This document shows positions 15,800 to 22,155 of a stretch of 32,000 nt of DNA, piece after piece. Position 1 is the first letter of the stretch. Each line of letters opens with the position of its first letter. Made by a program: the position numbers and the translations under genes. This DNA comes from Rubrobacteraceae bacterium (lineage in GTDB: Bacteria > Actinomycetota > Rubrobacteria > Rubrobacterales > Rubrobacteraceae): assembly GCA_965213895.1 (NCBI GenBank), contig OZ243918.1, forward strand, positions 702,766-734,765, read 5' to 3'. The notes beneath the pieces were generated by a model that searched no databases, had not been told where the DNA came from, and saw only the letters and a list, made by a program, of their open reading frames with translations.

Positions 15800-16554
15800 A
15801 TGCGTATTGGCGCAATATACGACATTTATGGAAATCTTCCGGCGTTGGAGAGCGTACTCGAAGAGATGGAGGATGAGAGTGTAGATCGCATCGTGGTAGG
15901 CGGAGATTCGTGGCCGGACCCTTCCCGACTGAATGCTTACGTCTTCTCAGTGAACTGACTATTCCAAACCACTTTATCCTCTGCAACACCGAGTCAGAAC
16001 TTTTGAGGTGTGCCGCCGGTGGCAGACCCGGGGGCTTATCCGAACGTGCAAATGAAGAGGCTAGGTGGCTCGCTCAAAAACTATCGCCCGAGCAGCTCAA
16101 CTTCTTGTCGAGTTGGCCGGCTACGGTCTTATTGGATACGGAGTCGCGGGACCGGATTCTTTTCTGTCATGCTACACCCGACAGTGACACCCGAATATTT
16201 ACCAACCGCACTCCCGAGACAAAGATCGCACCGGCCTTTGAAGGACTAGCAACCTCTCTCGTGGTGTGCGGCCACACGCACACCCCATTCGACCGGGTCC
16301 TGGCGGGCGTCCGCGTAGTGAACGCGGGGAGTGTTGGGATGCCATTTGGCTGAGCAGGAGCGGATTGGCTCCTAATTAGCTCTGACGTAGTGCATAAGCA
16401 TACTGGCTATAATGTGACCCCCGCTGTCGGGCGGATTCGTGGAACCGACTACCCCTACGCTAACGTATTCGCAGAAAATAGTGTCGTGCATCCACCATCT
16501 GAAGCTGAGGCCTTGGACATGTTGTCCGGACTGGAAATGAGTCAAGCGGAGTAG
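15800..16554 (+). pseudogene. Metallophosphoesterase-family pseudogene (frameshift, in-frame TGA, altered metal motifs)
   Basis: - ATG 15800 opens MRIGAIYDIYGNLPALESVLEEMEDESVDRIVVGGD.
- The homologous sequence then continues in another frame (track ORF 15910..16353: VAGPFPTECLRLL...FCHATPDS...VVCGHTHTPFD...NAGSVGMPFG). One extra T at 15907/15908 would restore GGDFVAGPFP.
- TGA at 16351..16353 is followed in-frame by AGADWLLISSDVVHKHTGYNVTPAVGRIRGTDYPYANVFAENSVVHPPSEAEALDML..., up to TAG at 16552..16554. This is a typical family C-terminus.
- The metal motifs read DIY instead of DxH, and CNTE instead of GNHE. Confidence 0.65.
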
Positions 16555-16652
16555 GCTGACTGTAACTCCACGCTTGCGCATATAACTAAATCCGGCGGTT
16601 GGACAACCTTCTGCTATGCTTTGCGAGAAGTTGGAACGAAAGGGAGTAATTT

Positions 16653-17267
16653 GTGTTCAGCATGGAGTTTCTGGTCACGTCGCTGATCGTGGTTGTGCTA
16701 CCCGGAACCGGCGTGATCTTTACCGTATCCACCGGATTGACGGCCGGCCGGCGTAGCAGCATCTTTGCCGCGCTCGGCTGCACCGCCGGAATCGTCCCTC
16801 ACTTGGTTGCCAGCGTCTTTGGCCTGGCCGCCATCTTGCACGCGAGCAGCGTCGCATTCCAGACGCTCAAGTACCTAGGTGTTATCTACCTGGCCTATCT
16901 CGCCTGGACAATGTGGCGAGAGTCCGGCGTCCTTGAATTCGACCGTGAGCCGAGAGACAGGGGAGCATTGAAAACAACCGCAACTGCGTTCCTCATAAAC
17001 ATCTTGAACCCGAAACTCTCGATCTTCTTTCTAGCATTCTTGCCGCAGTTTGTGCCCCGCGACGCTACTTCGCCTATCTCTCATATGCTACTCCTCAGCG
17101 CGATATTCATGCTCATGACCCTGGCCGTGTTCGTAGCGTACGGACTATTCGCGAACTTCGTCCGTAGCTATATATCCGGTTCACCGAGGGTAGTTCAGTG
17201 GATTCAGCGGGCATTCTCCGGGATATTCGTCGCGATGGGGATAAAACTGGCTACAGCAGAGCGTTGA
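16653..17267 (+). CDS. LysE/RhtB-family amino-acid exporter
   Basis: 204 aa, six-TM type. LPGTGVIFTVSTGL, NILNPKLSIFFLAFLPQFV and related strings match the family. The start is GTG 16653, 6 nt after AAAGGGAG. Confidence 0.85.
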   Translation: MFSMEFLVTSLIVVVLPGTGVIFTVSTGLTAGRRSSIFAALGCTAGIVPHLVASVFGLAAILHASSVAFQTLKYLGVIYLAYLAWTMWRESGVLEFDREPRDRGALKTTATAFLINILNPKLSIFFLAFLPQFVPRDATSPISHMLLLSAIFMLMTLAVFVAYGLFANFVRSYISGSPRVVQWIQRAFSGIFVAMGIKLATAER

Positions 17268-17326
17268 GGCTACAAGCTGTCATGATGTGAAAAACCGAGG
17301 AACCGAACGGATGAAAAGGAGCTATT

Positions 17327-18103
17327 TTGGACTTTGTAAAACTAGAACGCGGGGACGATGGCATCGTATTGTTGACGATTGATCGTCAAGAGAAGTTGAA
17401 CGCTTTGAACCCGCAGGTGACGGAGGAGATCGGGCAGGCCCTTCTGGACGTGGAACAGGACGAAGCACGCGTCATTATCGTGACCGGAGCGGGTGAGAGA
17501 GCCTTTGTCGCCGGGGCGGACATCTCGGAGATGAGCAAGATGGAGCCTCTGGAAGCCAAACGCTTTACGGAGATCGGGCACGCCGCGATGGCCCTCCTGG
17601 ATAAGAGCCCCATACCCACTATAGCCGCCGTTAACGGCTTCGCCCTTGGTGGGGGCTGCGAGCTGGCGCTCGCCTGCGACATCCGCATCGCCGCCGATAA
17701 CGCCCTTTTCGGCTTTCCGGAGGTCGGCCTGGGTATCCTGCCCGGCATGGGCGGCACGCAGCGGCTCCCGCGCCTCATCGGGCCGGCGCTCGCCAAAGAA
17801 CTTATATTCTCCGGCCGCCGCATAGACGCCGCCGAAGCAAAGGACATTGGCCTCGTGAACCGCGTCGTACCGGAGGGCGAAGCGCTAGACTCGGCCCGCG
17901 AGTTGGCCGCTGAAATCGCCGTCAACGGGCCAGTCGCCATCCGGCACGCCAAGACCGCCGCCAACCGCTCCCTCGACGTAGACCTCATAAGCGGCCTGGA
18001 GTACGAGGCCGACCAGTTCTCCCTCCTCTTCGCCACCGAAGATGCCCGCGAGGGTATGGGCGCTTTTATGGAGAAACGCAACCCGCAATTCGAGGGTAAA
18101 TAG
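17327..18103 (+). CDS. Enoyl-CoA hydratase/isomerase (crotonase) family protein
   Basis: 258 aa. KLNALN, VIIVTGAGERAFVAGADISEM, AAVNGFALGGGCELALACDIRIAA and FGFPEVGLGILPGMGGTQRL are present. The TTG start follows AAAGGAG. Confidence 0.9.
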   Translation: MDFVKLERGDDGIVLLTIDRQEKLNALNPQVTEEIGQALLDVEQDEARVIIVTGAGERAFVAGADISEMSKMEPLEAKRFTEIGHAAMALLDKSPIPTIAAVNGFALGGGCELALACDIRIAADNALFGFPEVGLGILPGMGGTQRLPRLIGPALAKELIFSGRRIDAAEAKDIGLVNRVVPEGEALDSARELAAEIAVNGPVAIRHAKTAANRSLDVDLISGLEYEADQFSLLFATEDAREGMGAFMEKRNPQFEGK

Positions 18104-18406
18104 TTCACGAAACCATAATCCGGGTTCGCTACTCCGAGACGGACGGCCAGGGCATCGTCAACAACGCGGCCTACCTCTCGTACTTTGCGGTGGGCCGCGT
18201 CGAATGGCTCCGCGACGCCGGCTTCTCCTACAGGGAGTTGGAATATCTTGGCTACGGGTCCGCGGTCGTCGAGACGCGGCTTTTCCACAAACGCGCCACC
18301 TGCCCCGACGACGGGCTGATGTTACGCACGAAGCTCGCGAGGCTAAAGTAGGATTGCCGTAATCCGGGTACACGGTTTTGCGGGACAAAAAGGTTAGTCT
18401 TCTCTG
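18103..18406 (+). pseudogene. Acyl-CoA thioesterase (4HBT/YbgC-like) remnant: no start codon, frameshifted and 3'-truncated
   Basis: - The frame beginning at 18103 reads VHETIIRVRYSETDGQGIVNNAAYLSYFAVGRVEWLRDAGFSYRELEYLGYGSAVVETRLFHKRATCPDDGLMLRTKLARLK, ending at TAG 18349..18351. This is a hot-dog fold thioesterase N-terminal two-thirds.
- The only in-frame codon upstream, after a TAA, is ATA at 18100.
- A neighbouring frame continues VGLP-stop-SGYTVLRDKKVSLL-stop, which looks like residual homology.
- The last ~40 residues of the family are absent. Confidence 0.5.
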
Positions 18407-18421
18407 ACTATACCTCTAACC

Positions 18422-18450
18422 TTGACGGATTGCCTCTACTATTCTAAGCT
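18422..18450 (+). promoter_or_regulatory. Promoter TTGACG-17 nt-TAAGCT upstream of doxX
   Basis: TTGACG at 18422..18427, a 17-nt spacer, then TAAGCT at 18445..18450. It lies about 50 nt upstream of ATG 18502. Confidence 0.4.
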
Positions 18451-18462
18451 CTGAGAATGAAA

Positions 18463-18476
18463 CGGACTTAAGTCCG
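18463..18476. promoter_or_regulatory. Perfect 14-bp palindrome CGGACTTAAGTCCG (candidate operator or 5'-UTR hairpin)
   Basis: The sequence is self-complementary over all 14 nt. It lies between the predicted -10 box and the doxX RBS. It shares CGGAC-N4-GTCCG with the palindrome at 6483..6496. Confidence 0.4.
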
Positions 18477-18501
18477 CTTGCAAACGAAAGGAGAAGTAAG
18501 G

Positions 18502-18985
18502 ATGAGTGCACTTTCGCTATCACCGTTGTCTCGTCTTGGTGATCTGGCTCCGCTGGTAATACGGGTGGTGACCGGGGTAACCATGTTCGCCCACGGCTTC
18601 CAGAAGCTCTCGGGCGGGCCGGCGAACTTCGGAGGTTTCCTCGGGCAGCTTGGTATACCGGCCCCGACTTTTGGCGTACGTGGTGACGTTCGTGGAGTTG
18701 GTCGGCGGGGTCCTGCTCATCATCGGGCTGCTATCCCGGTGGGCCGGGCTCTTGCTCACCATAAACCTCACCGTAGCCACGTTGTTGGTGAAGACTCAAG
18801 TCGGTCTTATTGCTCCCCCCGAATCCGGCGCCGGGGCGGAGTTGGATCTGGCCCTCATCGCGGGGTTCGTCGCCGTCCTCCTGCTAGGTCCCGGTAAACT
18901 TTCTTTGGATTACGTACTCGGGATCGAGAAAACCGGGGCTGCGGAGGCGAACCCGGGCGTCCGCGGGAGAGGAGCTACCGCGTAG
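18502..18985 (+). pseudogene. DoxX-family membrane protein with an apparent 1-nt frameshift near 18660-18672
   Basis: - ATG 18502, after GAAAGGAG, opens MSALSLSPLSRLGDLAPLVIRVVTGVTMFAHGFQKLSGGPANFGGFLGQLGIPAP.
- That frame then becomes Arg/Gly/His-rich.
- The frame offset by 1 nt (track ORF 18650..18985) reads LLAYVVTFVELVGGVLLIIGLLSRWAGLLLTINLTVATLLVK...LLLGPGKLSLDYVLG, which is the rest of a DoxX protein.
- The switch lies at a CCCC (18662..18665) / TTTT (18669..18672) tract. Confidence 0.65.
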
Positions 18986-19029
18986 GTCGAGAATATGCTT
19001 CATGTAGCCGGGCGTTGCCCGGCTCTGAG

Positions 19030-19065
19030 CCGGGACCGGCATGTTCGGTCCCGGTTTGTGCTTTT
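19030..19065 (+). terminator. Rho-independent terminator after doxX
   Basis: The stem is CCGGGACCG (19030..19038) / CGGTCCCGG (19046..19054), with a 7-nt loop, followed by TTTGTGCTTTT. It is preceded by a second hairpin, AGCCGGGC-GTT-GCCCGGCT, at 19006..19024. Confidence 0.6.
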
Positions 19066-19072
19066 CCAGTGG

Positions 19073-19099
19073 TGTCACATCAGGGCTCGTCGGTTCGTC
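19073..19099 (+). promoter_or_regulatory. ECF41-type promoter TGTCACA-N16-CGTC
   Basis: TGTCACA at 19073..19079, a 16-nt spacer (tcagggctcgtcggtt), then CGTC at 19096..19099. It lies 44 nt upstream of the sigma-factor GTG start. Confidence 0.6.
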
Positions 19100-19142
19100 T
19101 CTTATGTAGAAGAGTTAGTGTTTAGTAGAGCGAGGTGAACTG

Positions 19143-20027
19143 GTGAGAGGAAGCCCGCTAGACGGGGATGAGATCTTCCAGCAGTATCGGCCGTTGCTAT
19201 TCTCCATCGCTTACCGGATGCTCGGTGGCGTCGCGGACGCCGAGGACATAGTTCAAGAAGCGTTTGTATGCTGGCAGCGGGCGTCGGGTGTAGAGGTACG
19301 CTCTCCGAAATCCTACCTTTCGACGGTGGTCACGCGGCTTTGCCTGGACCACCTACGCTCGGCGAAAGTTCAGCGCGAAGAGTACGTCGGACCCTGGCTG
19401 CCGGAACCTCTGCTGACGGATGAGAGCCCGGACGTTGCGAAGACCATAGAACTCGACGAAACACTCTCGATGGCATTTTTGGTGCTGCTGGAGCAACTGA
19501 CGCCGGTAGAGCGGGCGGTGTTTCTATTGCGAGAAGTCTTCGACTACGAGTATAGGGAGGTTGCCCGCGTCGTTGGCAAGAGCGAGGCCAACTGCCGCCA
19601 GATAGCCCGGAGGGCCAGAGAATCGGTGGCGGCCCGACGCCCGAGGTTCGAGACCTCCGCGGCGCAGGAGGAACGCCTGATGGACAGCTTTCTCGAAGCC
19701 TGCTCTGACGGTGATATGGAAGGCTTGCTAACGTTACTTTCGGAGGACGTGATCCTCTACTCTGACGGTGGGGGGAAGGCCCGTGCCGCGCTCAACCCGA
19801 TCTACGGTCCTGAGAAGGTCTCGCGGTTTCTGCTAGGCATACTCGGAAAGACACCGCCCGGCTTCTCTGCCAGGATGACCCGGGTCAACGGCCATCCCGG
19901 CGTCATCGGGTACGTGGGCGGCCAACCGATGAGCGTGGTGGCGCTGGAGGCCGCCGTAGATCGAATACGGGCTATCCGCATCGTAGTCAACCCTGAGAAA
20001 CTCGAAACCATACCTTCGTTATGGTGA
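19143..20027 (+). CDS. ECF sigma factor, group ECF41 (SigJ-like) with a fused SnoaL/NTF2-like C-terminal domain
   Basis: 294 aa. YRPLLFSIAYRMLGGVADAEDIVQEAF is region 2. VVTRLCLDHLRSAKVQREEYVGPWLPEPL is the ECF41-typical linker. LTPVERAVFLLREVFDYEYREVARVVGKSEANCRQIARRAR is region 4. A ~100-aa extension follows (GDMEGLLTLLSEDVILYSDGGG...). Confidence 0.9.
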   Translation: MRGSPLDGDEIFQQYRPLLFSIAYRMLGGVADAEDIVQEAFVCWQRASGVEVRSPKSYLSTVVTRLCLDHLRSAKVQREEYVGPWLPEPLLTDESPDVAKTIELDETLSMAFLVLLEQLTPVERAVFLLREVFDYEYREVARVVGKSEANCRQIARRARESVAARRPRFETSAAQEERLMDSFLEACSDGDMEGLLTLLSEDVILYSDGGGKARAALNPIYGPEKVSRFLLGILGKTPPGFSARMTRVNGHPGVIGYVGGQPMSVVALEAAVDRIRAIRIVVNPEKLETIPSLW

Positions 20028-20041
20028 GAAAGGAGAGGTAA

Positions 20042-20617
20042 ATGGCACGGATCGAAGCAGTACCGGAGCGTAACGCGGGATTGTTGGGGCGTTTTGCGTA
20101 CAGGTTCTCGCGTCGTCGTTTCGGCGGGGTGATGGATCCACTGAAAGTCATGGCCCACCATCCCCGGCTGTTCTTTGGTTACCTCATGATGGAGTTGACG
20201 TTTGACCGCTCGCACCTGGTCGAGGAGAAGCTAAAGCATCTCGCAGTCTTGAAGACGGCCGCAATGGTTGGTTGTGAGTTTTGTATAGACATCGGCTCGA
20301 CCGTGGCCCGGCATACGGGTGTTACCGAGGAGCAACTCCGGGATCTGTCGAATTACAATGAGAGCGAGGCGTTCTCTCCCGTGGAGAAGTTAGTCCTGGA
20401 CTACGCGACCGAGATGACCCGGACGCCGGTCGTTATCTCGGAGGATCTTTTCGACGCCTTGCTCGGACACTTTGACGAGGCGTCAATGGTAGAGTTGACA
20501 ACAGCGATCGCGCTGGAGAACCATCGGGCGCGCTTTAACCACGCCTTCGGGATAGGATCACAAAACTTCTCGGAAGACGCCTACTGTCCCGTTCCCGAGG
20601 TTGCCACCCGTCCTTGA
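20042..20617 (+). CDS. Carboxymuconolactone decarboxylase (CMD/AhpD-like) family protein
   Basis: 191 aa. It starts 14 nt after the sigma stop, with AGGAGAGG as RBS. KHLAVLKTAAMVGCEFCIDIG carries a CxxC-type AhpD-like core. Confidence 0.85.
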   Translation: MARIEAVPERNAGLLGRFAYRFSRRRFGGVMDPLKVMAHHPRLFFGYLMMELTFDRSHLVEEKLKHLAVLKTAAMVGCEFCIDIGSTVARHTGVTEEQLRDLSNYNESEAFSPVEKLVLDYATEMTRTPVVISEDLFDALLGHFDEASMVELTTAIALENHRARFNHAFGIGSQNFSEDAYCPVPEVATRP

Positions 20618-21385
20618 CTACCGCGGACCCATGCGGATCGCGCCGTCCAGCCGGATAACCTCGCCGTTCAACATCTCGTTCTCGATGACGTGCCGCACGA
20701 GCGCGGCGTACTCTTCCGGCTTTCCCAGCCGGGGAGGAAAAGGAACTTGCTCTCCGAGTGACTCCCGCGCCTCTTCCGGCAGCCCGGCCATCATCGGGGT
20801 GTCGAAGATGCCGGGGGCTATGGTCACGACCCGAATGCCTTTGGAGGCCAACTCCCGGGCTATGGGGAGCGTCATAGAGACGACGCCGCCCTTCGAGGCT
20901 GCGTAGGCAGCCTGGCCTACCTGGCCCTCGAACGCCGCCACGCTCGCCGTGTTGACGATGACGCCGCGTTCCCCACTCCCGACCGGCTCGTTCCACTTCA
21001 TCACCGCCGCCGCCAGCCGGATAACGTTGAAAGTCCCGACCAGGTTTACCTGGAGCACTTTTGCGAAAGCCTCCAGATCGTGCGGCCCGTTCTTACCCAG
21101 CACCTTCGCCCCGATTGCGACCCCGGCGCAGTTGACGACCCCGTGCAGGCCGCCTAGCTCGTGGACAGCGGTGTCTATGGCGGCGTGCGCGCTCTTCTCG
21201 TCGGTTACGTCGGTCTCCACGAAACGGGCCGCGACGCCGATCTCTGCGGCGAGCTTTTCGCCTGCCTCTACGTTTAAATCTGCGATGAGAACCTTTGCGC
21301 CGGCTTCTACCAGCCCGCGAACGGTTGCGGCGCCGAGGCCGGAGCCGCCGCCGGTTACGAGGAACGTGCGACCGGATATCTCCAT
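20618..21385 (-). CDS. SDR-family 3-hydroxyacyl-CoA dehydrogenase (type II/HSD10-like)
   Basis: 255 aa. [13 protein letters not shown], the [23 protein letters not shown] catalytic YxxxK, and a C-terminal [13 protein letters not shown] are present. Its stop directly abuts the convergent CMD stop. Confidence 0.85.
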   Translation of the reverse strand: MEISGRTFLVTGGGSGLGAATVRGLVEAGAKVLIADLNVEAGEKLAAEIGVAARFVETDVTDEKSAHAAIDTAVHELGGLHGVVNCAGVAIGAKVLGKNGPHDLEAFAKVLQVNLVGTFNVIRLAAAVMKWNEPVGSGERGVIVNTASVAAFEGQVGQAAYAASKGGVVSMTLPIARELASKGIRVVTIAPGIFDTPMMAGLPEEARESLGEQVPFPPRLGKPEEYAALVRHVIENEMLNGEVIRLDGAIRMGPR

Positions 21386-21524
21386 ATAATTCCTATCCTA
21401 ACCAACCCAACTGACAAGCCTACTTTACGCATTGCACAACTGACCGGTTGGCTATTATATTATTTGTCGAATAAAACTGAACAAAAGGGTCGCATAAGAT
21501 GTCTAGTGCAAGGGGGAATGCTAC

Positions 21525-22145
21525 TTGCAAAGCAACTCTGCATCAGTAAATGAAATTTTCCAAAGAACCAAACGTTCTTTACGAAATGCGCAACTTGCCC
21601 TTGCTGACCTCGAACATACGCAAGATCCAGAACGACGTATTGCAGCCTTGCACAATGTCGTTGTAACAGGTCGAGCTGTTACCAACGTTTTACAGAAGCT
21701 AAGAAGCCGTGTCGAAGACTTTGATGGTTGGTATCAGCCGTGGGTTGATGAGATGCGAAGCGACCCATTAATGAGATATATGTACCAACTACGTAGTAGC
21801 ATTTTGAAGGAGGGCGAAGACCTAACCTCAGGTGCTCTATACATAGAGCATTTCAACTATCCGCAAGATTTGCCTCCAGCGCCTCCGAATGTCGTAGCCT
21901 TCTTTATGGGCGATGAGATTGGAGGAATTGGGTGGGAGGTGCAACTTGAAGACGGTTCAAAGGATAAGGTTTATGCAGCTTTACCAGAGCGAATTGCTCG
22001 TACTTGGCTTGAGTTCCGTAACTTGCCTAGTCGACATCAGGGCCGCACTATAGAAAACCGCTCAGTCGAACACATGTGCAAATTGTACATTGCGTATATC
22101 GAACGATTGATTAGTTCAGCTATAACCGAGTTTAGTATAAGATAA
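21525..22145 (+). CDS. Hypothetical protein (206 aa) in a low-GC insert
   Basis: The start is TTG 21525, about 6 nt after AAGGGGGAA. Hand-counted 60-nt lines inside give 38% and 47% GC, against about 62-63% in the flanking genes. The composition is plausible for a soluble protein. I recognise no family. Confidence 0.6.
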   Translation: MQSNSASVNEIFQRTKRSLRNAQLALADLEHTQDPERRIAALHNVVVTGRAVTNVLQKLRSRVEDFDGWYQPWVDEMRSDPLMRYMYQLRSSILKEGEDLTSGALYIEHFNYPQDLPPAPPNVVAFFMGDEIGGIGWEVQLEDGSKDKVYAALPERIARTWLEFRNLPSRHQGRTIENRSVEHMCKLYIAYIERLISSAITEFSIR

Positions 22146-22155
22146 CCTCAATCCA

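Noticed and set aside
16351-16372. The in-frame TGA in the metallophosphoesterase as a selenocysteine or read-through codon. A GGAGC-N6-GCTCC hairpin lies 3 nt downstream.
   Set aside because: The stem is only 5 bp and sits closer to the UGA than bacterial SECIS elements I know. The aligned position in this family is not a catalytic Cys. The same gene also carries a frameshift and active-site substitutions, so a plain nonsense mutation is more parsimonious.
16372-16581. A 69-aa minus-strand ORF downstream of the metallophosphoesterase TGA.
   Set aside because: It is antisense to the in-frame, family-typical C-terminal continuation of the pseudogene (AGADWLLISSD...EALDML). It has no RBS and no recognisable motif.
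17386-18288. A 300-aa minus-strand ORF antisense to the enoyl-CoA hydratase gene. Similar long shadow ORFs occur at 240..926, 1525..2034, 3215..3808, 3651..4403, 4678..5355, 7062..7532, 23003..23725, 23747..24541, 25159..25770 and 27514..28125.
   Set aside because: All lie opposite or out of frame to ORFs with clear family signatures. Their translations are Arg/Pro/Ser/Ala-rich low-complexity strings, typical of non-coding frames in high-GC DNA. None has a convincing RBS.
18042-18362. A 106-aa plus-strand ORF spanning the enoyl-CoA hydratase 3' end and the following region.
   Set aside because: Its translation is Arg-rich and featureless (RNSRVNSSRNHNPGSLLRDGRPGHRQQRG...). A different frame over the same DNA gives an unmistakable hot-dog thioesterase sequence.
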